From Chara braunii (Eukaryota; Plantae; Charophyceae): a DNA stretch of 64,000 nucleotides. The notes beneath the pieces were generated by a model. The model was given only the letters and a program-made list of their open reading frames with translations. It was not told where the DNA came from and did no database searches. Position 1 is the first letter of the stretch. Each line of letters opens with the position of its first letter. The stretch is taken from assembly GCA_003427395.1 (NCBI GenBank), contig BFEA01000001.1:13528967-13592966 (forward strand), read 5' to 3'. Positions 1 to 13,618 of the stretch are shown here, in pieces. A program made the position numbers and the translations under genes.

Positions 1-376
1 AGTTTAAGTCCAATTTGTCTACCATTCGATTGACCATAATCTTACTATAGACGGCTTGAGTGTGAGCATGTCTGTTGGGATGCGAATGGTTGCGAGCATC
101 CCTGAACACGAAAAAGTTTTTCCTTATCACTTACACTACCGCAGTAGTTAATCCTTGTTGCTTTTCTTATTCATTTTATTGTTGATTGAATCAGACCGTT
201 ACTTCGGCAAAATGTTGATAATTAAAAGGAGCAGCCATTGAATAGTTGACACTCGATTAGAATGAGCACCGAGTGCGGGCAAGGAGGATGATCATGGAAA
301 AAACAACAATCGTAATTTAATTGTGTTCGTCATATCCATGGGCATTGCAATTGTTAGCTTAGTAATTGGTCCCCAC

Positions 377-1106
377 CAGGGTTACCGGCATTCGGGACGG
401 GCAAGTCACCCGAACCCAAACGCCCAACTGTTCGTCAGCCGAACGCGGAAAAAAAAAAAAAAAAAAAAAACGAATTCCAAAAAATCTGAAACAAATATAT
501 GTTATACAGAAAAATAAACAGAACAACATTTGCCTCAACTTTACATCCAAATTATTTACCAAATTTGAAATAAAAATAAAATACTCAAAATAAATAATAA
601 TAATAAAAATTAAAAAAAATAAAACAAGAATTAAATTATTGAGTGGGCGAGCACGTTTTGGACATTGCCATCTTTGGTGATTTTTCATTTTTTTTTGGCT
701 GTGACAAATGCCATGAAAATTTATATACGTATACCTTACATAATAGAAAATATACAAATAAAGTTAAAAAAAAAATATAATGTTTTTCATGCCCCAAAAT
801 AAAAGAAAAAAAAAAATAAAAAATTAGTGAGTGGGCAAGCAAGTTTTGACACCACCATCTTTGCCGATTTTCCATTTTTTTTTAGCTGAACAGAATGGCT
901 TGAAAATTAAGAGGGCGATACCTTACATCACAAAGAACTCACAGGAAATGTTTTAGAAAAACAAAATAATATTAGGTGCCAAAATACGTTTTTGCGGGGT
1001 CTGAACCCCTTCAGGTTCGGGCCCCGTACGGGGACCCAAACACCCGAACGCCCGAACGTCCGGGGGTCATCTTAAGGGCCTCCGTACGTTCGGTCTGGCA
1101 ACCCTG
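377..1106. mobile_element. Non-autonomous hAT-type DNA transposon (~730 bp)
   Basis: TIRs CAGGGTTACC / GGCAACCCTG. 8-bp TSD GTCCCCAC (369-376) vs GTTCCCAC (1107-1114), 7/8 match. Subterminal CCCGAAC motifs, AT-rich interior. Confidence 0.85.
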
Positions 1107-2468
1107 GTTCCCACTGTAATCATCGTCGCTACTTATACCATGATAATATGATTGTTGTTCCACCTCGTGATCACCATCATGTAACTCTATAGTCAAGGAC
1201 GAGTTCCTTCACAACCATTGTCTACTTTCCCTTCTTCGTGATCGAGTTTATGTATGTAGTGAAATCGGGCAATGGAGCAAAGAGGAAGGAGACAGGAAAC
1301 CAATACACTTACATGTCTCGTCTGGGTGATCCTGCTGTCGGTTTGATATATTACGTAGTGAGGTGCCGTCGACAACAAGTTACTTGCAAGACTCCATCAA
1401 AGGAGCGCCAAAAAGGATAACAGTCGAAAAGGATAACAGCCCGTTAACGACCACACATCATGACTATTGAGCACTGATGGGTATTACTCATCGGGCAAAA
1501 ACTGAGTCACACGCTCGTAGCAATGGGATGCGGCACACCAAGTAAAACGAAAGGTTATACCATGATTGTCTTTATGATTGAAAGAAAAAAATATAGTGTG
1601 TTTCATTAGAGTATCAGTATATCGGTGTGTTCATGGTTTTCGTGCTCCTGTTTTGTGACTTTCTCTGTATCAAGGAGCAAATCCAATCACATACAGGGGG
1701 ATATAGGCGAATGTGATAGAGATGGGATGAGAGAAAAGTAGAGAGGTTAGGAGAGTACTTACTTAGTGAGGGTCGAGGAATGCATGCCAGACATTTAATT
1801 TTTTTATCCCATTCATAAAACACATGATCTTTCATTACTTATTATCGTTTTGTAACTGATGGGCATAGCAGAGATTCTAACTACCACCATAAGAAAAACT
1901 TTCCAGTGTTCAGAGAAGTCCTCATGTCTATTTTTATTATAACCTACAATTAAGAAGGATTGATGACATGAGTACAGACACAACGGGTGAGGTATGTAAA
2001 GATTTTAAAAAAATGAATGTTATTGGTGAAGACTATATCGAATTTGTTTGAAAATTAATGCAAGGACTTGAGGTTATTCAAGTTTAAAGGGGTCCTTACT
2101 TCGCTCGTTACAGATTTTTAACAACTGTCGTGATGATATCCTTTCAGCATTGCTTATTTGAGCTCAACAATTTACTTTACTAGGCTTTGATGTTCAGGGA
2201 ATTGATGTTTTGGATCATCAGCAACACCGAGCACATAACCAATTTGTTCCCACGACAACCATCTACTTCTATCAACCATTATTATTCGTCGTTGGAGGTT
2301 GGATATTATATAAGCAGTTGTTTTGTATCAAGCCCAAGCGTTCGTGTAATATTTGAAAATCCTTTTGCCAACTCTTGATCAACCCCTCATTGATCTTACG
2401 AGTCTTATCATTTTTTTTTTTTTTTTCTTCTCCTCTATTACTTTGATAAGCTTTATCGAGTGAAAAAC

Positions 2469-3100
2469 AGTTGGTGAAATCCTATCTGGACCAACATGCG
2501 TTGCATATCTCCATGACCTCCCAAGTCGACCCGACTGTCGGATCTCTATCGAGAATCAAAAGGAGTTACAGAGGTAAGAAACATGTACATAAATCAAAAC
2601 GCACATGAAAGTATACAGTATATACGTACTCTTACAACCCACTATAATTTGTTTGACTTCACTTTATCGTTTATATATATGTATATATTTTAACTTTAAG
2701 TTCGTTTGCAGTATTCATGTACATTTGACTTATTTTAATATTTGCTTGTGATGATTTGAGTTTTATAAGGTTTAACACTATCACATGATAGTTGGTAAAT
2801 TCCTATCAAAACCATAATGTGTTGCGTATCTCCATGACCTCATAAGCCGATGAGATTATTCGATCTCTATTGAGAATCATGAGGAGAGGCAAATAATATG
2901 TACATAGCTCAAAACGCACATTAAAGTGTACCATACAAACGTACTTTTACAACCCACTATCATCTGTTTGACTTCACTATATAGTTTATACTCTTTTGTT
3001 TATTTTTTTTAGCTATAAGTTCGATTCCATTATTAATGCACACTTGATTTATGTTGATGTTTATGTGTGATGGTACGAGTTTTATAAGTCTGAACACTAT
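2469..3100. repeat. Diverged ~320-bp tandem duplication
   Basis: AGTTGGT..ATCCTATC...GTTGC.TATCTCCATGACCTC...TTACAACCCACTAT recurs at ~2469 and ~2789. Confidence 0.8.
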
Positions 3101-5150
3101 TAGATAAATAGTATTCTATCTGCTTTATTTATTGGTTTATGAAAGGTTGGAGAGCGTTCCATGGTATTTGGCTTATTCATGTCGGATGACCCAACTAAGC
3201 GATTTATTTTAGTGTTTTCTAAAAGGCTAAGCAATAATGTACTCTATCACGGTACCACCTCTTGTTCTACTTGGCGCACCAAGTAGAACAAAAACTATTT
3301 TCATGATAGAGTTGTTGAATCACATCGTATGTTTTTTGTTTTTTGAAGGGCTAGGCGAAATCTCTTATGAACAAAGATTATTGTAAGTCGATTAGTTGCA
3401 AGTTTAATTTGGATACTTCCTTCCTTAAGAGTATAGTTGCGAACAATCCCGTTATGTGATTATTTAAATCAACAACTTCCCTAAGACAAAATTAAGATTT
3501 ATAAAATTTGCAACTCAAGTACAAACTTTCAACGCTATCCTTACAGTTTCAACCTTCTCCTTCTAGTTTCAATCCTATCCTTTCGTGTGATCGTGTTTAA
3601 TCCCCCTTCTTTTAAATAATTGTAAATATGTTTCGTTTTCTAGATCTTTTTCTTATTGATGATCGTAATTCTATTTTAACTTATATCCTTATTTGGAATT
3701 TGTATTTACTATTATAATTAATAAACATGGTATCTATTCGTACGCTTATGATTCAAATGTCGATGTTTCTACATCTGTTCATAATGTCTTCAGTTTCTCG
3801 TCCTCTTTCAATTTTATACATTTCTCTAATCCATTCTCAAAATCATGTTCACATTCTTTTCCTGTCCTTATTCTTTGATATCGATTCATACTGCAACTTC
3901 GATTATAATCATTGGCATGCCTATTGTGACGGTTATCATGTATGAAGTCATATTGGAAAAGAAGTTTGCTTCTTATCGCCATTAAGCTTTAGGACCACTT
4001 GCGCTACTTCACATTTATGAAAGCAGAATTTCACAAGATGTGTGAACTTCCCCCCCTTTTCATATGAAGACATTCATGCTTGTAGAATCATCTCACGTGC
4101 TACACTTATCTTACTTGTTATTACGCTTATTTTTTTTCGTACTTCATCTTTTCTCTTATAACCATAACATTTTATCCTACCTCCTCTTTCTCTCTTGTCA
4201 ATTGTTCCCATTGTCATATACGTACTGTAGGTTGTAGGAATACCCATAATTGAAACTCTTATTCCACTCATGATTTCATATTGTCACTTCGTTTTAGTTA
4301 TGTTTATGATTATAATTTTTTGACGTGTTTGTAATACCATTCATATTTCATGTACCTTCGTGTTTACTTTTCCTCATTTTTGCAATTACATCCAAGCATG
4401 TTCAAGCTACTTTCAAGCTACTTTCATAAGTCCGAATCTTTTTTTTCTCCCAATCTTTTTCATCTTCTACCTGCATGGCGTTCTCGGGACAAAAACCCCT
4501 GAGAGGATTTCTGCCCGAATTTTTTTAAGGACAGACACTGTCCGACTCTTTTTTGTTGGATTGGGATACTTTATGAGAATGACTTTCCCTAAGTTTATTC
4601 AGACTAACCCCTTGACTGAGAGACTTCTACTTTTTTAGAATCTGACGTCGTTGATATACGACGTCGTTGACGTTCAATCGAAACAATGGGAGCCGGCAAT
4701 ATGGCCTGTCATCCACCGTTCCCGATAAGGCCGCGAGACATGCGAGCGGTGGGAGCATTAGTGTAGATTTATACTATCTAAAAGAGTGTCGAGCGACATA
4801 AGTCGTAGGTGCGTTGATTTTTTATGCCGCGTCGTGTATACGGCGACGACATGCATGCCGTACCACTAGACGGTCGCCTTGCCGACGGTGGTGCAGCTGG
4901 TCCGAGTCAACAACGGAAAAACGGTACGTAAAGCCTGCTAAAGCGTTTGAGGGGAAAACGGTACGTAAAGCCTGCTAAGAGCCAGCCCATTAGGTACGAC
5001 AACAGACTTTCACCCAACAGGTGCTAGGATCGAGACCGTCGACAATATCACCGGGCTAGTTCCTTTTGGAGCTGCCCCAAATAACGAGGGCGACTGTTTT
5101 CCGGTCGTACGCTAGATCGTACAGCCAGTAACAATCGCGCCAATCGTTGG

Positions 5151-5203
5151 TGGCCGCCGCGCAAGGACAACACACATAAATCGAGAAGTGGTCCAAATTT
5201 TTT
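5151..5203 (+). pseudogene. U6 snRNA 3'-half fragment
   Basis: TGGCCGCCGCGCAAGGACAACACACATAAATCGAGAAGTGGTCCAAATTTTTT aligns to the plant U6 3' half (TGGCCCCTGCGCAAGGATGACACGCATAAATCGAGAAATGGTCCAAATTTT). Confidence 0.8.
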
Positions 5204-5391
5204 CCCGTGGTGGATCCCCGACAGGGTCGAACTCAGGTCTATGTCTCAACAATTTGGTGGGGGGGGGGGCCAGGGCCCACGGAAAGCCCTGCATTGCTGA
5301 CAGGATATGAAAGAGGGGCAGCAACTGTGAAAAAGGGAGCAGCCTCGTTCACCAGGCACCAACTGTGAAAAAGGGAGCAACCTCATTCACC

Positions 5392-5462
5392 TAGCTGCAT
5401 CTGGATTCAAACTTGAGTTTGTGTTTCAACAGTTCAAGGGTGCCCAATGACACTATGAACTG
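5392..5462 (-). mobile_element. tRNA-derived SINE family 1, head fragment
   Basis: Reverse complement contains CCCTTGAACTGTTGAAACACAAACTCAAGTTTGAATCCAGATG, matching the family head with a degenerate B box. Confidence 0.55.
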
Positions 5463-6030
5463 TAGTAAGGGAAAACCCATTTTCATTAGGATTCAAGCTT
5501 ACGTTTGTATTTCAACAGTTCGGGTGTAAACAAATTTGACATGGCCATTGAAAAAGAAAAAATATACAGGGCCGTACAACATTAGCGTGAGTATGAAGTG
5601 AGAGAGGCAGTTGATGCCTCATGTAAGGTTTTCCCTGCCTCGTTGACAAGTCACCTGGAAAAAAAAAAAAATAAAAAAAAATTCAAAGTTTCAAAGAATA
5701 AAGGTTATTTTTCTTGTTTTTTTGGTTCGCGCCAGCATTGTTTTGGTGAACGAAATTATTTTTTCTGACTTTGAATGTTTTTCTGTGAATGCGTGGCCAC
5801 TTTCCCCACGTGCTTGTTTTTTTCAGATTATATAGCGGGTTTTTAATTAGAGTCGTCAAAATTGGGATACTTTCTGGTACCCCTACTTGATTGTTATGGG
5901 GTTTGAACTTGGGTTTGCCTTTTAGAAGGAGGGGTGGATGAACGGGCATTGCTAAGCATACCCCGCCAGCAAAGTCGAGCTGAGGAAAAACAAGGTGGTT
6001 TTCTTTTATTTTATTTTTGTATTAATTTTT

Positions 6031-6234
6031 CCTTTCTTTTCTTTAATTTACTGTTCTTCCGCTTTTTGAAAAAAAACAAGGTTGTTAAAGTAATGATGAA
6101 AAGAAAAAGGGTATCTGAACCTTGAAGTTACATCCTTTCTTTTCTTTAATTTATTGTTCTTCCGCTTTTTGAAAAAAAACAAGGTTGTTAAAGCAATGAT
6201 GAAAAGAAAGAGGGTATCTGAACCTTGAAGTTAC
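6031..6234. repeat. Near-perfect ~102-bp tandem duplication
   Basis: CCTTTCTTTTCTTTAATTTA...GGGTATCTGAACCTTGAAGTTACA occurs twice back to back. Confidence 0.9.
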
Positions 6235-6939
6235 AGCAGACTGTTGATTTCAACACTCTGCTGAAAATGGCTTTATACAACCACTTCAAAGCTACTACTA
6301 GCCAGGGGTGGCGAATGATCGCCAACCAGGTGCAACTTTGAGCGATTGTATAAAGCCATTTCCAGACCCAGCTGCACTCAAGGCCCGGCTGCACCTGGCT
6401 CGGGATCGGAGGCCAGACATTCACTCAGAGGGGCGTCGACGAAGTGGTGGCATTCACGTTATACTGTCTATGACACCGTAGTAACGCATTAACATTGGTG
6501 GCGAGCGGCGGCGACATTGAGATGGCATCGACCGCTAATTTAAATAATGATTGTCGGGTCCCTTGCAAAAGTCATTCACACGAAAGTTAGAGAGATAGTG
6601 TAGAAACCATTCAAGCAATATATTTTTTATATTTTATAAATATTATATAAAATATATAATAAAAATTTTATAAATAAAAAAATATAAATATAATATACAT
6701 AAATATAATATAAAATTAAAAAATCGTTTATTTTCACGGTCTAGTTTGCAAAATTCAACTGCTTCATCTAGCAAACTTCGTATCCTCCCTCTACTTGAGT
6801 TGGGAGATGACTGCATTTCTTTTCTAGCAGTTAGTGTGAGGCGAAATGAAATAACTTGGCAACACATCTCATCAAGTCGAAAAGATATGTCATCCCTATC
6901 ATTTGGCAGGCAAAGCGAAGATATTTTGGTACGATGGCA

Positions 6940-7537
6940 TTTGAATATTGCTATACTATGCATGTTGATCATGTTTTTCTCCTTTTATTAATAAATATTA
7001 TTTGAATAAAAAGATAAAGTCAACTTAACACCTGAATCTTCTTAATTTAAAAGTGTTTTATCCGAGTAACTCTTTCTCTTTACGAGAAGGGGCTAGGATC
7101 ACTCGATCCTTACACTTGGAATATCACGTTTTAGTTCACCAGCATATGTTCCGCTTCCTGGAAGATCAACGCCCCAGAGACGAACGACTTTCGGGTGCAC
7201 TTTGGTGTTCTACCATGCATACCTATGCTACAGCGAACCAGCAAACACTCTCGTCCGCCCTACCTCTAAAATTGCATTATAAAAGACTTCGCACGTGAGC
7301 AGGTAGCTCAACTATATGCCTCAAGGGTGGTGATAGGCCCTTAGGGAAAGTAAGTTCTACCCCACAGAAACCTATCCTTTCATAAGGGACTGTGGGATGT
7401 ACGACTGGCGCACTCGATCGGAGCGGAGGGTCGGCACGAATTACAGTGTCATCTCCGAGTTGTCACTGGAAAGTTGAACTCCTACGCGTGGCAGCCGGGA
7501 CAACCCTCCCTCACGTGGAGCCTGATGCACTCGACAA
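6940..7537 (+). repeat. Interspersed structured repeat, copy A (homologous to 44413-45050 on the minus strand)
   Basis: Collinear shared blocks: GAAGGG.CTAGGAT, CCTATGCTACAG.GAAC, GGTAGCTC, CCTATCCT, TGGCGCACTCG, AACTCCTACG, GATGC.CTCGACAA. Confidence 0.75.
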
Positions 7538-10500
7538 GGTATTTTAAGTTTTGCTTTTATTTTTGTACTATAACTTACCAATTCTTATCGTTTGACTTTT
7601 CACATCTATATATACTTTTAAATTTATTGTTTTTATTTATTTTGGTTAACCTCTGATTTTCTCATTGCAACTACTTATATCGTTTTTTTCCATTACTAGC
7701 CTCACCGATTCATGCATATATTTCATCCGAGGGCATCGCCCCTATCTTTCCTGTCTCTTTTGCTTGTGCACACTTTTTTTTTCCCTTTCTTCACCTAAGC
7801 ATGATTCTAACCATATACATTTTGTCTTTTGTCATAAATAAGCGCATGCAGGATGTACAGAAAAAAACAAGGGGAGGATGTAAAGATAGAAGAGAGGACA
7901 AGGAGAAGAGGACGAAACAGAGGAGAATGTACTCGGCTATTTACTTTATGCTTTTTTGCATTTGACAAAGACAGTGTATTATGTTTGCTGAAAAGATAAG
8001 ATCATGTGGTTCCCTTCTCATTTCAACTGTTGCTGAAAAAATTGGCATATAAGATCATGTGGTTCCCTTCTCATTTGCACTGTTCGAAGTTGGCGCATCT
8101 ACAAGTCGAAGGGGAGGGTGAGGTCGAAAAGGGCAAAGTGATGGAAAAAAAAAGCAAGATCCAAGGAAATCATAAGCGAATTCCTGCTGGGTAAGGAGTT
8201 TGCTCCTTTTCACCATTAGGCCTGAAATCCTCTTGCGCTAGTAGTTCGCATTTGTGAAAGCCGAAGGTGATTCCCTTTCCATTCTCGCGTGCAATGTTTG
8301 TATTCCGACTGTTTGAACCTGACACATCTAAAAGCGAAAGAGGAGGGCAAGGTTAAACGGGGCAGTGTGATAAAAAAAGAAAGGAAGATGGAATAAGGGA
8401 CGAGGATAAGAAGAGAAAAAAAAAAAGGAAAAAAATCATAAGTGAAGTTATGCTGGGTAGGGAGTTTCCTCCTTATCATTAGGCTTGAGAGCCTTTTGTG
8501 CTACTTCCCATTTATGAACACATCGTTCGTAGGATGTATAATACTTCAAATCAAGACAATTGCCCATAGTTTTCCACTTCCTTTCTTTTGGAGTGTAACA
8601 ACTCTAAAAATCAGCTACGTGGTTCTTGTTGGACAGTACAAGACAAGTCGTGCAAATTTCTATGGAGGTCATTGTTGTAATGAAATCATTGTTGAACTGC
8701 AAGTTCAGCTTACCAAGTTGACACTGCCAGTGAAGTCGTAATAAATGCCATTTCCACTACAACAGATTGTTGCCTGTTTTTTTTTCTGTAACCTTATTGA
8801 TGCCCACTGCCAGTGCTGTACTTCTTCCTTGTTTGAGATTGGTCCTTGCGTAGATTAGTTTTGCCGAAACCAACATCGCAGGTGAGACCGCTGTTATTGC
8901 GAAGGTAACGTCCACCATTGTCTGTCATCACCTTCGCAATAGCAACGGTCTCGCCTGCAATGTTCGGGCTTCTCATGAGAATTTTTAAGAGGTTGCAAGT
9001 GTCGAAGGTGCTTTTAGCCGAATAATTTTGAGTTTGCAACAACAGTCTACATTGCAGTAAGACCATGTGCATCCGTTGAGATTGATAATTTTGAATTTGT
9101 GGCATCACTCCTGTTGTACTAGTGTGGATTAGTGTTGTTGAAACCAACATTGCATGTGAAACTGCCGTTACGGCAAAGGTGACGCCGAACAGTTCAAATG
9201 ATGATAAGTACTTCTTGAAACACTAAGAGCGGGTTACACAATTGTGTGTTTGTGAATCGACTAACTCCCTAAGCGGTCGAACAAGGCATCGAAGAGGCTG
9301 ATATGATTGTGGGTTCATTCTATGTTATCAGGCCCTGCTTACACAACCCCCTGCCTGTCCAAGGTTGTTCGAGCGAACAAGCAGTTCAACATCCTCCCTT
9401 GTACTTGAGGCCCGAAAACCCAAATTACGCAAAAAACTAAAATGAAAACTTTTGCCTTCGGGTCCTTTATCGAATTTATTTAGACTCTTGAAACTGGAGT
9501 TGTCTAGGCCTGGACGTTCACAACCACCCTCACTATCCGACCAGAACGTCCTACAATCACTATCCGACCAGAACGTCCTGCAATCAGATGTCTGGTAGCC
9601 TAGGTTTTATATCTTTCTTTTTTAATAAAAAAAGTCTGGTTTGTTACAGAGGTTGGATACTAGACAAATGGCAATCATCCACAGTACTTGGTCACTTGGT
9701 TGTCCAAATGAACCCCTATGAAGACCCCACCCACCCTTCCTCTCTCTTTTTGCCCTTGCACACTCCCATCCCCCCTGTTGTACCCTAATGTAACCACCCA
9801 AGAACATCACCAATCACCATCTTGGCGGGGTCATCCGACCAGACCGCAGTTGAAGGCTCCTGGGCTAAACAAACACCCCAACCCTCTACTCAACCCCGGT
9901 TGAAGCAAACACCGTGCAAGCCGATTGCATGGAGACTTCGAGAGCTAAGGTGTGAAGATGCTACTACAGGACTTCATGTCGGTGCCTAGTGACTATTATT
10001 TAAATGTGCCATGATCATAGAGAGCTGGAAATTCTTTGTTCCCTCAAATGTCCCTGAAGCCCGTTTCAGCCCCGCAAATAGGTGCAACATCTCTTGACAC
10101 CACTCTTGACCTCCCCGACATCCCGTACTAAGGAACTGCTATGCCACCGTCCACCCTGTGCTAGGTACGAGGATAGCCGACCCTGAGTTATGGACTGCAA
10201 CTCTACCATCCGTTCCCTCGCATATCCCTGGAGCCCGTTCCGATTTTATTCCTACTGGGTTTTCAAATTGATCAGACTACACTGTAAAGATGATATTATA
10301 ACCATTTGATCGGCATAATCCATGGGGACTATTCTACATTTTGTCATGGGTTTAAGCTGTCCTTTGCCGTGGGTCTCTCCATTCAAAAATCCCTGCTCTC
10401 ACAGTGCACTCAACAGTTTCCTGATGGGTGCATGCAACACCAATTGTTTCCTTCTTGCATACTTTCTTATAACTATTTTCTGAAGCAAGTTGGACTATAC

Positions 10501-10544
10501 CCTAAAGGGTGATACGACCATGTGGTTATTGTCGTTAGTTGAGT

Positions 10545-11150
10545 TCGAAAGTAGGATATAAACCGCACACAAAAACGTCCTCCTACGTGTGTAGATATAG
10601 GCTCATTGGTTTTGAAAGGGAGGGTAATACCACCACGGGTTTATTTTCTTTAACAGTAGGATATGATCCACACAAAAGCCATCATCCTACATGTATAAAT
10701 ATAGACTGATTGGTTTCGTATCACAATAGGATAGGAACCCTAAAAACAAATATTCTATTTTGTGCATATACATAGATTGTTTCTTTTTGAATTAAAGTGG
10801 AGGAGGAATCCCAAAGATTGTCTTCCAACTATGCGCATGTATTTTGATTGTTTGATTCTGAAATACAATAGGATAAACGACAACCCCAAGAGGGTCATCC
10901 TACCGTGTCCATGTATTTATAGACTGTTTGATTTTGAAATACAATACGATAGGAACGCCATCCTACTGTGTGCATGTATTTGGATTGTTCGAATTTGAAA
11001 TATAACATAGTAGACTGAGAGACGACCTTTAAGGGTCGTCCTACTGTACTCATGCATTGCAGTGCGACAAGAACATCGTCCTGCTCCATGCACGTATTTA
11101 GGTGGGTGGTCTATTTTTAAAACACACGAATTTATTTTGTAGGAGTTACA
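10545..11150. repeat. Degenerate ~65-75-bp tandem array of GTAGGAT...ATCCTAC hairpin units
   Basis: Repeated (A/G)TAGGATA ... TCCTAC ... ATGTA ... AGACTG/ATTG..TTTGAAA modules. Confidence 0.65.
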
Positions 11151-11744
11151 TTGGGGATGTCTTTCGTAGCTTAGCCACGTAGTAGTCCCTAACGGACTCG
11201 TCAAGCACTAGATAAAACATCCGATAACAAATCTCGTAGCTTAGACATATAGTAGTCCCTCACTGACTCATCGAGCACTACATAAAAAATGAATGGATGA
11301 GGAGAGCAGTTCAAAAAATAGATAAACAAATGCACAAATGCTGAATTGAAAAAAAAAATAAAAAATGGGGCAGAATATTAGCCCGGTCAGAAGAGTTAGA
11401 TGCGGCCCACCAAGTCACGCTGCCAGCGGGGACTCAGTAGCCTTGGGCCCAAGAGTACGATGCCTCTCCTAGAGGGTGCACGTAGGAGCCCCTAGAACGC
11501 TACACCCAACCTCTGGGTCTGGATATGCTAAAAAGATACCCGTGCTGGCCAAAAACAATCCAATGACAGCCAAACACACAACACGGAATCTCTAAAAGTA
11601 ACTTCGAGGCCAGGTCCAATCCCTTTCTGCGGATTTTCCATTGTGGTCCACTCTTTGTGGAACAGACATCAACAGTCGGTGCTATGACACTTGACTTGAA
11701 TTTAAATTGCAGAGCAATACACCGCCCCTCCCTATCTGCCGGTC

Positions 11745-12440
11745 CTACACTCCACCTCCACTTATCCATCCTCGTCCCAACCCAACCCAAACCCCACCAA
11801 ATCACAACCCAAACCCCACCAAATCACAAACCCTAGAGGCCCGCAACTGCCTCGGTACTCCTAAATACCCCTTGCCACTACCCCTCACCAACCCCCTCGC
11901 CACTCATCCCTTACCCAACTCTCACCTAGGCCTACGTTATCCTCGTCCACACTCATCCCTCTTGTCAAGTTTATTCCCTGCGCAGATTTTCCGACCGACC
12001 ATACCACCTACACCCCACCACCATGACCCATTTTTCCATAAATAATATACACTGCACACCACTCCACCTCCACTAACTCCATCTTACTCCCAACTCAACC
12101 CAAACCCCACCATCACACCCCTAGTCCCCCAATACTCCTGCATCCCCCTTGCCACTCACCTAGGCCTATGTTATCCTCTTCTACCCTCATCCCTCTTGTC
12201 ACTATCATTCCCTGCATGTTTACACTCCGCGCAGATTTTCCAACTGACCATTCCACCTACGCCCCATCACCACCTACACCCCATCCCCATGACCCACTTT
12301 TCCATATAACTAGTACACACTGCAGACCACCATATCAGATTTTCCAACTGACCATTCCACCTACGCCCCATCACCACCTACCACCCATCCCCATGACCCA
12401 CTTTTCCATATAACTAATATACACTGCAGACCACCATATC
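11745..12440. repeat. C-rich nested tandem duplications (~310-bp and ~105-bp periods)
   Basis: CACTCCACCTCCACT...CACCTAGGCCTA.GTTATCCTC occurs twice; CAGATTTTCC.AC.GACCAT.CCACCTAC...CATGACCCA occurs three times. Confidence 0.75.
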
Positions 12441-12707
12441 TGTCTGTATACATCACTACAAAAACAACTGTTACTCCAAAGTATATAGAAACACACTACT
12501 GCCTCTTACCAGCCAGGCCCAATCTGCATCAGGCACTGTACACCCTAATCCCTCTCAGGGCGGGCAAGTCTCTCTACAAGCATGCAACACCTCAACATAT
12601 GCCTGTGTGGGATCCTCAGAGACTTTACGAGGAACTACTAATTATTAATATAAAAGAAAGACCAATGACTTATACGTACGATAGATACCTTTGTTTGCAT
12701 GTAGTGT

Positions 12708-12808
12708 CGTATTATTATAGTGAACCCGGGCAAAAGCCGTGGCCTTCGGCCTACAAAGAGGGGCGTATTATTATAGTGAACCCGGGCAAAAGCCGTGGCC
12801 TTCGGCCT
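12708..12808. repeat. Perfect 45-bp direct repeat x2 with an 11-bp spacer
   Basis: CGTATTATTATAGTGAACCCGGGCAAAAGCCGTGGCCTTCGGCCT at 12708-12752 and 12764-12808. Confidence 0.9.
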
Positions 12809-13483
12809 TCCTTCCCTTCGATACCCCCGCTCTTTTTTGGGCTTCCTCTTTTGTTTCATCTCGCAGCTCACCTTTTACCATGCCTCCGATCTACAACAAG
12901 GCTCACCGAGTGGATTGTGGTTGACCGCGAGCTATTTGAGCTATTCACATCTTGTAAGCGTAATCGCCCACTTGCACGCAATGGAAAGAAAGCACAGTGA
13001 AAGGGGAGGTATGCTCCTGTTCATTTTCAGCATGTCTTCGGCTTAAATTTTGTGTCTTCTGTGAATGATGCTCACTCGTATACATTTAGTAGTGCCAAGG
13101 GGGGAGTGGTGGAAGAGAAGACGTTCTACACGAGGAGGCAGAAGGGGAAGGGCAGGGAGAAGGGACAGAACAGAAGAGAACCAAACTTCACAGGAAGGAG
13201 TGGGGGAGCGGGATGAGAAGTTCTACACACTCCGAGGAAGGGAGGGAGAGGTGTGCATCTGGTGCTCACGTGTGTGTGTGTTCAACACAGCAGGGGGTTT
13301 GCTGTCCTGTCCGTATGCACACAACTCGAACAGTCCTGTGAGCATGCGTGTGTGCGCATGTCTGTGTTCAAAACAGCAGGGTGTGCTGTCGTGTTCGCTA
13401 TGCACGACTCCAACATAAAACCCAGGATTGTGATTCATCAGACTTTCACCGATTCGTCAAGATACTTGCTCTTTCTTTAAGAA

Positions 13484-13618
13484 AAGGGCCGCAACCCTGA
13501 CAAACACAAATCAAACACAAAAACCACGAGCTGCGCAGTAATCCACGCTGGGCCTCGGAGATTCGAACACAGGTCCATAGTTCAACATTTGATGGGTGTA
13601 CCTACTGAATTAAGGCCA
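13484..13618 (-). mobile_element. tRNA-derived SINE family 1 copy
   Basis: Reverse complement has A-box-like TAATTCAGTAGGTACACCC and B box GTGTTCGAATC. The tail matches the family (plus strand AAGGGCCGCAACCCTGA). Confidence 0.55.

Noticed and set aside
6552-7536. Solo LTR call (TGTCGGG...CTCGACA)
   Set aside because: Termini are suggestive but there is no matching TSD or PBS/PPT. Kept only as an unclassified repeat.
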